Shown: piece by piece, positions 49,295 through 59,630 of the stretch
Layout of the letters: the number at the start of each line of letters is the position of its first letter
How positions within the stretch are numbered: position 1 is the stretch's first letter
NCBI GenBank assembly: GCA_965228475.1
Contig: OZ245817.1
Coordinates: forward strand, 480,001-544,000
Length of the DNA stretch: 64,000 nucleotides
Reading direction: 5' to 3'
Origin: Myxococcota bacterium
GTDB lineage: Bacteria > Myxococcota_A > UBA9160 > JAFDDA01
The notes under the pieces: model-generated
Seen by the model: only the letters and a program-made list of their open reading frames with translations
Told to the model about the DNA's origin: nothing
Databases searched by the model: none
Program-made: the position numbers and the translations under genes

Positions 49295-50248
49295 TCAGCG
49301 CCCCATTCGGCCCATGCCGCGCCCTTCGACGCGAGGCGGGGAGGGCGGCCGGCCGCGGCCTTCCATCGGCACCTTCGGCCCGGTTGCACCCGGCGTGACG
49401 ATCGGGCTCCGCCCCGCGGCGCCGCGGCGGACGTTCTCGCGGGCGGCATCGCCGCCGGGCCCGCCGTTCTCCGTCGTCATGTCGTCGAAGTCGACGCCGA
49501 GGCGGTCCTCGGCGAGCTGGCGAAGGATCTCCCGCGCCCGCGGGTTGTCGATGCCCGTGATGAACTGCCAGAGCGAGTCGATGTCCTGCCGGTCGGCGTC
49601 GATCCGGTCGAGCATGCCCGAGAGTTCCTCGAGCCGGTCGTTCAGCCGGGTCGCCCCGCGTTCGATGCGCCGGCGGGTCCGGGCGACGCCGGTGCGGTCG
49701 ATGTGGGCGTCGAGCCGTCCGCCGACCTCGGCGTCGAAGTATTCCTCGAGCAGCGCGCCGACCTCGCCGGTGCGGTCGAAGATCGGCCGCAGCGGGCGCT
49801 TGGCGATCTCGAGCACGCGGTTGCGGATGCGATCCACCTGTTCGAACACGTGACCGACCGGCCCGGAGACGTGGCGCGCGGCGTTGCGGACCTCGTTCTG
49901 GACACCCCGGGCCACCGTCGTCGCTCCGCGGACGGCGCCGTCTTCGCCGAACAGTCCGTGACCGACCTCGCGGACGAACACGACGAGCGGGAAGCCGCGG
50001 CTGCGCCGCCGGCGGGCCGCGCGCCGCGCCGCCAGCCGGGCGGCTTCCGCGGCCGCCGCCTGCCGCCGCTCCTCGTTCAGCTGGCCGAGGTTCCCGCCCC
50101 GCTCCTGGTCCGCCGCCGCACGCTGCTGACGCATCGTCTCGAGCGTGCTCTGCAGGCGCGAGACCGTCGGGGAGGTTCCCTCCGGGTTCGCGACCGCGTC
50201 GGGAGGGACGAAGGCGAGGAGCGCCACGACGAGCATGAAGCGCTTCAT
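49295..50248 (-). CDS. Secreted coiled-coil hypothetical protein with C-terminal MEGRGR motifs
   Basis: Signal MKRFMLVVALLAFVPPDAVA; helical body; tail PMEGRGRPPSPPRVEGRGMGRMGR. Confidence 0.75.
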   Translation of the reverse strand: MKRFMLVVALLAFVPPDAVANPEGTSPTVSRLQSTLETMRQQRAAADQERGGNLGQLNEERRQAAAAEAARLAARRAARRRRSRGFPLVVFVREVGHGLFGEDGAVRGATTVARGVQNEVRNAARHVSGPVGHVFEQVDRIRNRVLEIAKRPLRPIFDRTGEVGALLEEYFDAEVGGRLDAHIDRTGVARTRRRIERGATRLNDRLEELSGMLDRIDADRQDIDSLWQFITGIDNPRAREILRQLAEDRLGVDFDDMTTENGGPGGDAARENVRRGAAGRSPIVTPGATGPKVPMEGRGRPPSPPRVEGRGMGRMGR

Positions 50249-51153
50249 TGCAGCACCAGGGGGTTGGCGCGCACGTAGAAGAGGCCGCCGTCCTTGAACC
50301 CCACCGAGAGCTGCCCGGTGACGACGACCTCGCCGGCCTTCATCACCGCATCGGTGAGCTCCATGTACTGGTACTTCTCTTCGCGGATCAGCTGCGACAT
50401 GTCGGCGAAGCGCATGCCGTTCAGGAACTGGTAGGGCCGGACGAGGGGCACGAGGGCTTCGACCTTGTCCGCCTTGAAGCGCTGCTCGTCGAAGAGGCGG
50501 CCCTCGACGAAGGTGAACTCGCGTCCGAGCCGGTGGTAGGTCCAGATCTCCGTCCGCACGACGAGCTTGGTCTTCGCCTTGTTGGCCGCGACGTAGATCG
50601 CGAAGTCATCGGGCATGCCGTGCTTCGCGATGACCTTGCGCTGGGCGGCGCTCGCTTCGTCGAGCGTCGCGAGGTTGGCGACGGCGGCGTCCGCCCAGGC
50701 ACTCTCGGGTGCAGCGGACGCAGCGGCTTCGTAGTCCGCCCGGGCCTTGGCCCAGTTCCCCTGCCGCTCTCGCGCGAGCCCGCGGTGGTAGAGCGCGGCT
50801 GCGCTCTTCGGCTCCTTCGAGATCGCGTGGTCGAAGTCCTTGATGGCCTTGCCGACACGTCCACGCTGGAGGTGGTGCAGGCCCCGCGCGACGCGCACGT
50901 TCGTTTCGCCGGGCCGCTTCTTGACCTGCTGGTCGAGGAAGCGGGTCTTCAGACGGCCGATCTCCGGGCGCGGGTTCTGCGCGGCGGCTTCGGCATCCGC
51001 GGAGAGGTGCCACTCCTTCAGCCAGAGATCGACCTGCGAGAGGGCGGCGACGTCGGTCGCGAGCGGCGGCCAGGGCCCGGCCTCTGCCCGACCAGCTGCC
51101 AGGAGCAAGAGCATCGAGAGCGGGAGAAGGAGCCGGACACGAAGCGATACCAT
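50245..51153 (-). CDS. Secreted TPR-repeat protein
   Basis: Signal ending AEA; ARG...G...KAIKDFDHAI..EP, ALYHRGLA...G...ARADY..A TPRs. Confidence 0.82.
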   Translation of the reverse strand: MVSLRVRLLLPLSMLLLLAAGRAEAGPWPPLATDVAALSQVDLWLKEWHLSADAEAAAQNPRPEIGRLKTRFLDQQVKKRPGETNVRVARGLHHLQRGRVGKAIKDFDHAISKEPKSAAALYHRGLARERQGNWAKARADYEAAASAAPESAWADAAVANLATLDEASAAQRKVIAKHGMPDDFAIYVAANKAKTKLVVRTEIWTYHRLGREFTFVEGRLFDEQRFKADKVEALVPLVRPYQFLNGMRFADMSQLIREEKYQYMELTDAVMKAGEVVVTGQLSVGFKDGGLFYVRANPLVLQ

Positions 51154-51216
51154 GGGTCCAGTCTATGCCAGCGCCCGCCGCGAAGGGAAGGCAGCAGATC
51201 CCTCGCTGCCGGCGGC

Positions 51217-52056
51217 TCAGCTCTCGGCGGCGTCCTTCGTCCGGTAGTCGCCGAAGGGCTGGTCGCGTTCCTGGAGTGTGGCGGTGAGTCCCTGTCTGGC
51301 GACCTTGGCCATGAACTCGTGCAGGCTCTTCTGGTGCGTGCCGAGGGCACAGAGTTCCGAGCCGGCGCGGATGCCCGTGTGAAGGCCCATGATCTCCATC
51401 TGGCGGTGCACGACGCGCTTGTTCAGCTGAACGAGATCCTCGGGAACGCCGACGATGCGCTTGGCGACGTCGAGCACGCGCGCCTCGAGCTCTTCGGCCG
51501 GGAAGGTGTCGTTCGCCCAGCCGAGCCGCTTGGCCTCGTGGCCGTCGATGGAGTCGCCGGTGAGCATCATCTCCATCGCCTTGCGCATGCCGACGAACCA
51601 GGCGTGGAAGTGGTTGTCCGGCACGCCGAAGCGCACGGCCGGATATCCCATCTGCGCATCGTGGGCCATGTAGACGAGGTCGCAGCAGGTCGCGAGCTCG
51701 CTGCCGCCCGCCAGGCAGTAGCCGTGGACCTGGGCGATCACGGGCTTCGCGAGCTCCCAGATGCTCATCCAGCCCTGGGTGACGTGGCGCGGCCAGTGGC
51801 CGTCGCCCCCCGCCGTGTACCACGGGAACTCCTGGCCGGCGCTTCCGCCGGCGAGGTCGTAGCCCGAGGAGAAGCATTTCCCCGCGCCGCGCACGATCAT
51901 CACGCGCACCTCGGGGTCCGCGTCGGCTTCGCGGAGCGCTTCGAGGACGCCGCCGCGCAGGGCGTGGTCGAGAGCGTTGCGTTTCTCGGGCCGGTTCAGC
52001 GTGATGCGCCGGACGGCCGGGGCGGGTTCGTCGGTGAGTACGACGTCGGAGCTCAT
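51217..52056 (-). CDS. Enoyl-CoA hydratase/isomerase family protein
   Basis: LNRPEKRNAL, FSSGYDL, KPVIAQVHGYCLAGG. Confidence 0.93.
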   Translation of the reverse strand: MSSDVVLTDEPAPAVRRITLNRPEKRNALDHALRGGVLEALREADADPEVRVMIVRGAGKCFSSGYDLAGGSAGQEFPWYTAGGDGHWPRHVTQGWMSIWELAKPVIAQVHGYCLAGGSELATCCDLVYMAHDAQMGYPAVRFGVPDNHFHAWFVGMRKAMEMMLTGDSIDGHEAKRLGWANDTFPAEELEARVLDVAKRIVGVPEDLVQLNKRVVHRQMEIMGLHTGIRAGSELCALGTHQKSLHEFMAKVARQGLTATLQERDQPFGDYRTKDAAES

Positions 52057-52117
52057 GGTTCCTCCGTGAAAGGGTCGCGCGCGCTTCGCGCTACGCTCGG
52101 GCTCGGGGGGATACGCG

Positions 52118-52789
52118 ATGAGCATGATACGCGGATTGGTGCGCGGCGTGGGCTGGGTCTTCGTCCTCGGTGGCCTCGCGCTGGCCGGGGTTGCGGGCTA
52201 CGGGCTGCTGCGCGCCCAGCTGGCCGACGAGATCCTGCGCGGGCGCCTCGACCTGCTGGCCGAGGACTACCGCGACCTGCACGGGCGCTACGAGGCGCTC
52301 GTGGCGCGAACGGCGGTGACCGAACTCGTGGTGCGCGACGGCAGCCTCTCCGTCGTGGTGCGGGGCGCACACGGCGAGCTGCGGGAGATCCCGACGCCCT
52401 ACGACCCGACCTCGGAGATCTACGTCGACTACGCCCTGGTCGACGGCCGCCTCTTCGTCCGGCGGGTCTTCGCCGACGACGTGCCGCCGCGGGAGGGCGT
52501 GCTCGTCGACCCGGCGCTGCTCGCGATCGATTGGCAGGAGGCGAATGCCCAGTACGGCAAGGCGGCCTACCGGACCCTCGGCGAGGGCCGGTGGGTCGTG
52601 ACGGTGACCGGCGGCGGTGCGCTCGGGCTCGCCCCGGCCGGGGCCGAGCCGACCGTGCTCGCTCCGCCGCCCGCGCTCCGGGAGTTCGAGCCCGTGGCGA
52701 GCCGCGTCGACGAACGCCTCGCGACGATCCAGCCGTCCGAGGTGTGGGCCGTCCTCCGCGCTAGAGTCCCCGCGGAGGTCCAGCCATGA
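52118..52789 (+). CDS. Membrane-anchored hypothetical protein
   Basis: N-terminal TM, short coiled coil, beta-rich domain; ATGA overlap with next gene. Confidence 0.75.
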   Translation: MSMIRGLVRGVGWVFVLGGLALAGVAGYGLLRAQLADEILRGRLDLLAEDYRDLHGRYEALVARTAVTELVVRDGSLSVVVRGAHGELREIPTPYDPTSEIYVDYALVDGRLFVRRVFADDVPPREGVLVDPALLAIDWQEANAQYGKAAYRTLGEGRWVVTVTGGGALGLAPAGAEPTVLAPPPALREFEPVASRVDERLATIQPSEVWAVLRARVPAEVQP

Positions 52790-53379
52790 CGTTGTCCCAG
52801 ATGATCCGCGGCGATGCCAAGATTCTCGAGATCGCCCAGCACCTCGATTCGCTCTCGCACGGGCAGCGCCTGACCGAGACCCAGGAGCTCTCGGCGAGCG
52901 ATCAGAAGAAGCTCTTCCGGGCGGCGGCGGATTCGCCGCCCCTCGACTTCGAGTTCTTCGTGCCGGCCGCGAAGTCGGCGCTCGCCGAGGTGATCCACCA
53001 CGGGAAGAACAGCCAGCCGGCCTTTCGCAACTTCCAGAAGCGCTGGTGCCGTCCGGCCGACCGCGGCGACGCCCTCTACGGCTACAACGAAACCGTCGTG
53101 CGGCCGCTGATCGGGCCGGGCTACTTCGTCGCGCACGAGACCGCGGACGGCGGGCGCGACCCGCGCGGCGCCATCGTGGTCGACTACTTCCAGGTGCCCG
53201 AGGGCGACGTCGCCACGGGCTGGCCGGCCGTGAAGCCGAACTCGAGCGGCCTGCAGCGCTTCGTCTACGACAAGACGCGCGACTACATGCGCCGCGTCTC
53301 GAACCACGTCTCGATCGGCGAAGCGCACAAGAACGAGAAGAACGTGCTCGGCTGGTTCATCCTCTGCCGCGAAGACTGA
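52786..53379 (+). CDS. Hypothetical protein
   Basis: RBS GGAGG, host-like codon usage; H.GKNS, F..FQKR, GYN, GPGYF, DY.R.VS.HV.IG motifs. Confidence 0.8.
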   Translation: MTLSQMIRGDAKILEIAQHLDSLSHGQRLTETQELSASDQKKLFRAAADSPPLDFEFFVPAAKSALAEVIHHGKNSQPAFRNFQKRWCRPADRGDALYGYNETVVRPLIGPGYFVAHETADGGRDPRGAIVVDYFQVPEGDVATGWPAVKPNSSGLQRFVYDKTRDYMRRVSNHVSIGEAHKNEKNVLGWFILCRED

Positions 53380-53530
53380 AGCCCGCCGGGCATTCCAGGC
53401 GCGTGGCAAACAACACGCAACGGTGACGGGCAAGGCGCGGAAAGGCCGGGTTCTCGTTTCCTGAGCCGTTCCGCGCCTGTGACGGCTTCCCGCCGGTCCG
53501 CATTGAACCTCCCAGAGATCGGAGGTTCCC

Positions 53531-54991
53531 ATGGACCTGGAAATGCTCGTTCAAAGTCTCCAGGGCACGCTCGGCGCGACCCTGCCGGCGCTGCTCGGCG
53601 CCCTCGCCATCCTGGTGGTCGGCTGGTTCGTCGCGCTGCTCGTGCGCGCGGGCCTGCGCCGCTCCCTCGACGCGATCGGCCTCGACCGCCGCATCGAAGA
53701 GAGCGCGGGCCGCAACGTCGGTGCCCAGAACGTCGTCGCGCGGATCGGCTACTGGGTCGTCATGGCGATGACGGGCATCGCCTTCTTCAACGCCCTCGCG
53801 CTCCAGAACGTCTCGACGACGCTCCAGACCTTCGTCGACCAGTTCTTCGCGTTCCTGCCGAAGGGCATCGCGGCGGCCGCGATCCTGCTCGTGGCCTGGG
53901 TCGTGGCGACGGTCCTGCGCGCCGTCGCCGAACGCGCCCTCGCCGCGACCACCCTCGACGAGCGCCTGGCCCGCGAGGCGGATGCGGCGCCGCTCGCGAT
54001 GAGCCTGGGGAACGTCCTCTACTGGCTCGTGATCCTGCTCTTCCTGCCGGCTGCCCTCGGCGCGCTCGAGCTGCGCGGGCTGCTCGCGCCGGTGGAGAAC
54101 ATGGTCGGCGAGGTGCTCGGGATGCTCCCGAACGTCTTCTCCGCCGCGGTCATCGGCGGCGTCGGCTACCTGCTGGCACGCATCCTGCGCGACGTCGTCC
54201 GGAGCCTGCTCGAGGCCACGGGCATCGACGCTGCGGGCGAGCGCGCCGGCCTCGCCGGCGACCAGCGCATCTCGGGCGTCGCGAGCCTGCTCGTCTACGT
54301 CTTCGTCCTGGTGCCCGCCCTCGTCGCGGCCCTCGACGCGCTGAAGATCGAAGCGATCTCGGGCCCGGCGACCCAGATGCTCGGCGAGTTCATGGCCGCG
54401 ATCCCGCCGCTGTTCGGCGCCGCGGTGATCCTCACCGTCTCGTGGTACGTGGCGCAGTTCGTCGCGGAGCTGCTCTCGAGTCTGCTCGCGGGCTTCGGCT
54501 TCGACGCGCTGCCCGAGCGCATGGGCGTCGCCCAGATCGTCCCGGAAGGCGAGCGGCTCTCGCGCATCGCGGGCCGCGCCCTGGTGTTCTTCGTCATGCT
54601 CTTCGCGGTGACGGAAGCGGCAGGGCAGCTCGGCTTCGGGCAGGTCTCGGCCCTCGTCTCCCAGCTGATCGCCTTCGGCGCCCAGGTCCTGCTCGGCATC
54701 GTGATCATCTGCACGGGGATCTGGATCTCGAACGTCGCCGTCGACGCGACCGAGCGCATGGGCGGGGAAGGAGCCCAGGCCATGGCCCGGGTGGTCCGCT
54801 TCGGCATCCTCGGCATGGTCGTGGCGATGGGCCTGCGCGCCATGGGCCTCGCCAACGACATCGTCAATCTGGCCTTCGGGCTGACGCTCGGCGCCCTCGC
54901 CGTGGCGTTCGCGCTCTCCTTCGGCCTCGGCGGGCGGGAGGCGGCCGGCCGCCAGATGGACCACTGGCTCGCGAAGATGCGCGAGGAGTGA
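53531..54991 (+). CDS. CmpX-like / TM_helix-repeat mechanosensitive channel family membrane protein
   Basis: Repeated (L/I)P....A..IL.V.W..A helices; C-terminal AVAFALSFGLGGRE.A. Confidence 0.85.
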   Translation: MDLEMLVQSLQGTLGATLPALLGALAILVVGWFVALLVRAGLRRSLDAIGLDRRIEESAGRNVGAQNVVARIGYWVVMAMTGIAFFNALALQNVSTTLQTFVDQFFAFLPKGIAAAAILLVAWVVATVLRAVAERALAATTLDERLAREADAAPLAMSLGNVLYWLVILLFLPAALGALELRGLLAPVENMVGEVLGMLPNVFSAAVIGGVGYLLARILRDVVRSLLEATGIDAAGERAGLAGDQRISGVASLLVYVFVLVPALVAALDALKIEAISGPATQMLGEFMAAIPPLFGAAVILTVSWYVAQFVAELLSSLLAGFGFDALPERMGVAQIVPEGERLSRIAGRALVFFVMLFAVTEAAGQLGFGQVSALVSQLIAFGAQVLLGIVIICTGIWISNVAVDATERMGGEGAQAMARVVRFGILGMVVAMGLRAMGLANDIVNLAFGLTLGALAVAFALSFGLGGREAAGRQMDHWLAKMREE

Positions 54992-55089
54992 CCTCCCGAG
55001 CCTCGCGCGACCTTCACCGGTGCTAGGTTGTGACCCGTCGAGCCGTCCGGCTCGGCGGGTCACGTCGTTTTCAAGGCAGGGGAAGGTCC

Positions 55090-56736
<1,647 letters not shown>

Positions 56737-56818
56737 CGATCTCCCCGGGGTTCGGCGACTGACGCTTCCTTCCCCCCGCCGGCCGGCGTAGGATGGAGCG
56801 CCAGCGAAGGAGGGAGCC

Positions 56819-58642
56819 ATGCGCCTTTCGAATTTCGGCCAGGACATCGCCCACGTCGACCTCGCGGCCGGCCGTTTCGAGCGGCGTCCCGCGCCCCCGG
56901 AGTGGGTCGAGAAGTACATCGGCGCGCGTGGCCTGGGCGTTCGTTACGTGCTCGAGGCGGGCCCGGAGGTCGACCCGCTCGGCCCCGACAACGTCCTGTG
57001 CTTCATGAACGGCCCGCTCACCGGCTCGGAGGCGAGCATGAGCGGGCGCTGGGCGTGCGTGACGAAGTCGCCGCTCACCGGCACGGTGACCGACAGCCAC
57101 CAGGGCGGATGGAGCGGTGCGCGCCTGCGCTGGGCGGGTTTCGACGGTCTGGTCTTCGAGGGGCGTTCGGCGCATCCGGTCTACGCCTTCATCGAGAACG
57201 GCGAGATCGAGCTGCGCGACGCTTCGGAGGTCTGGGGCCGCGGCATCCACGAGACCGTGGCGTTCTTCCAGAAGCGCTACGGGAAGAAGAACCTCTCGGT
57301 GAACGCGATCGGGCAGGCCGGGGAGCGCGGGAACCGCTTCGCGGCCTGGGTGAACGAGGACGATCGTGCCTTCGGGCGCGGCGGCACCGGCGCCGTCGGC
57401 GGCGCGAAGAACCTGAAGGCGATCGTGATCCGCGCGGGCCTCGCCAAGAGCGACGTCGACGATCCGGACCGCTGGAAGGCCGTCCGTCGCGAGGCGCTCG
57501 ACACGATTCGCGACGAGGTCAACATCACGAGCCCCCGCAAGGGCGGGCTCTCGGTCTACGGCACGAACGTGCTGATGAACGTCACCAACCGCATCGGCGC
57601 CCTCGGGACCCGCAACAGCCAGACCACCTCCTTCGGCGACCGCGCCGAGGCGATCAGCGGCGAGCACGTGAAGGAGACCATCCTCACGAACGACCCGACC
57701 TGCCACGCCTGTCCGGTCGCGTGCAAGAAGGAGGTCGAGGTGAAGGAAGGGCCGTGGAAGGGGCTGCGCATGGAGAGCGTCGAGTACGAGCCCGCGTGGT
57801 CCCTGGGCTCGAACTGCGACAACGACGACGTCAACGCCATCGCGAAGCTGATCGACCAGAGCAACGACTACGGCTTCGATCCGATCGAACTCGGCAACGT
57901 CCTCTCGATGTACATGGAGGCGACCGAGCGCGGCTACGTGAAGGGCGACGGCCTCGCCTGGGGCGACACCGAAGCGATGGTGCGCCTCACGGACGCCATC
58001 GGTCTGTGCGAAGGCGAGGGCCAGCCGTTGGCGGAAGGGGTCGCCCGGGCCGCGGCCGCGCTCGGACACCCGGAGCTGGCGATGCACGCGAAGGGACAGT
58101 CCGTTCCGGCCTACGACCCGCGCGGCTTGAAGGGCATGGGCCTCGGCTACGCGACGAGCAACCGGGGGGCGTGTCACCTGCGGGCCTACGTCGCGGCCGC
58201 GGAGCTCGGCGTGGTACCCGGCGAAGCGGAGCCGCTCGACCCGCTCGAGTGGCGGGGGAAGGGGGAGCTCGTGAAGATCTTCCAGGATCTCCACGCCTTC
58301 TCGGACAGCCTCGATCTGTGCAAGTTCAGCGCCTTCGCCGAAGGCGCCGGGGAGTACGCGGACCAGTACGCCGTCGCGATGGGCCGGGCCTTCACGCCGG
58401 ACGACGTGATGGCGGCCGGCGAACGGATCTACAACCTCGAGCGCCACTACAACAACCGGGCCGGCTTCCGCGAGGGCTCGGACACGCTTCCCGCGCGCTT
58501 CACCGAAGAGGCATCGACCGAGCCGGGGAGCAAGGGGCACGTCTCGGAGCTCGCGCCGATGCTCGAGGAGTACTACGCCGTGCGCGGCTGGCAGGACGGC
58601 GTCGTCCCGGACGCGAAGCTGCGCGAGCTCGGCGTGGTTTGA
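56819..58642 (+). CDS. aor: Tungsten-dependent aldehyde:ferredoxin oxidoreductase family enzyme
   Basis: YIGARGLG, KSPLTG...DSHQGG, GRGG.GAV, CHACPVAC, EYE, AYDPRG, NRGACH, LDLCKF. Confidence 0.93.
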   Translation: MRLSNFGQDIAHVDLAAGRFERRPAPPEWVEKYIGARGLGVRYVLEAGPEVDPLGPDNVLCFMNGPLTGSEASMSGRWACVTKSPLTGTVTDSHQGGWSGARLRWAGFDGLVFEGRSAHPVYAFIENGEIELRDASEVWGRGIHETVAFFQKRYGKKNLSVNAIGQAGERGNRFAAWVNEDDRAFGRGGTGAVGGAKNLKAIVIRAGLAKSDVDDPDRWKAVRREALDTIRDEVNITSPRKGGLSVYGTNVLMNVTNRIGALGTRNSQTTSFGDRAEAISGEHVKETILTNDPTCHACPVACKKEVEVKEGPWKGLRMESVEYEPAWSLGSNCDNDDVNAIAKLIDQSNDYGFDPIELGNVLSMYMEATERGYVKGDGLAWGDTEAMVRLTDAIGLCEGEGQPLAEGVARAAAALGHPELAMHAKGQSVPAYDPRGLKGMGLGYATSNRGACHLRAYVAAAELGVVPGEAEPLDPLEWRGKGELVKIFQDLHAFSDSLDLCKFSAFAEGAGEYADQYAVAMGRAFTPDDVMAAGERIYNLERHYNNRAGFREGSDTLPARFTEEASTEPGSKGHVSELAPMLEEYYAVRGWQDGVVPDAKLRELGVV

Positions 58643-58956
58643 GCGAAGGGGAGGGTGGTCCGCGGGCGGGACGAGCCGTCCGCGTCCGCTTCTACGCGAC
58701 GTTCCGGCCCATCGTGGGCGGCAAGGAGGCGGACGTCGAGGTCGCTTCCGAGGCGGACGCCGGCGCCCTGCTCGATGCCATCGTCGCGCGCTGGCCCGAG
58801 CTCCGCGAGCACCTGATCCGCCCCGATGGGGGTCTCTCGAAGCGGGCGAACCTCTTCATCGACGGACGTGCGGTGCGCTTCCTGCCCGAGGGCCTCGCGA
58901 CGCCGCTCGAACCCGAAGCCGAGGTGGACTGCTTCCCGGCCGTCGCGGGAGGCTGA
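58639..58956 (+). CDS. moaD: MoaD/ThiS-like sulfur carrier
   Basis: VRFYATFR..VGG...FPAVAGG with C-terminal GG; overlaps the aor stop. Confidence 0.88.
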   Translation: MSEGEGGPRAGRAVRVRFYATFRPIVGGKEADVEVASEADAGALLDAIVARWPELREHLIRPDGGLSKRANLFIDGRAVRFLPEGLATPLEPEAEVDCFPAVAGG

Positions 58957-58975
58957 CGGGTCGAACCCGGACGCG

Positions 58976-59356
58976 TCAGTGGAGCCGGCGCGGCTCGATG
59001 TCGAGCCAGCGGTGCGCCTCCGCGGTCGTCTCGAACAGTTCGACGTGGAAGCCGTGGGCGCTCGCGAGGTCCTGGAAGATGCGGGCCGCGCCGAGCCCGC
59101 AGCTCCCGACGAGCAGGGCGAAGCGGCTCGCGGCGCGCGGCAGGTGGGCGGCCGCCGTGGCGAGATCCATGGCTTCGTCGCTGCTCGGTTTCCAGCTCGA
59201 ACCGCGCATGTCCACCAATACGTTGAAGCCCTCGCCGATGCGCTCGTCGTGGAACAGGCGATAGCCGGCGTCGAGGCTGCTTCGGAGGTCGATCGCGCCT
59301 TCGGCGCGCATGCAGGCCCGCCGAGCGACGCGTGAGATCTGAAAGGAGAAAGGCAT
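58976..59356 (-). CDS. Small STAS/SpoIIAA-like hypothetical protein
   Basis: VLVDMR...RFALLV...LF....EA.RWL pattern. Confidence 0.65.
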   Translation of the reverse strand: MPFSFQISRVARRACMRAEGAIDLRSSLDAGYRLFHDERIGEGFNVLVDMRGSSWKPSSDEAMDLATAAAHLPRAASRFALLVGSCGLGAARIFQDLASAHGFHVELFETTAEAHRWLDIEPRRLH

Positions 59357-59406
59357 CGTTCTCTGTTTTCCCATCCTTCCGGGTTCGACCCGGTGCACGA
59401 AGAAAG

Positions 59407-59422
59407 AGCAAGAGCCGTGCCC
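59407..59422 (-). promoter_or_regulatory. Sigma54 promoter
   Basis: Minus strand GGGCACGGCTCTTGCT (GG-N10-GC, TTGC). Confidence 0.6.
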
Positions 59423-59630
59423 GGCCAGAGGGGGCTCAGGGGCCCGTTCCCAGGAGGTGCGGGCCGAACCCTGTCCGGTTTCGACGTAGTCGACCGCAGG
59501 AGGCCGGCAGCTCGCCGCGCAAAGTGGCCTCTCGAAACGACTCGGGAGGAGGGGAAACGTCGCGACCGGCAGCGGTGGCAGCGTTGCTTTCGAAGCTGCC
59601 GGCGGGTTGCGCGCGCATGAAGCGCGCGGC

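Noticed and set aside
53404..53419. Sigma54-like boxes at 53404 (TGGCAAACAACACGCA) and 46276 (TGGCACGCCCCGCGCT)
   Set aside because: GG-N10-GC spacing is right, but the -12 elements are poor and chance matches are likely.
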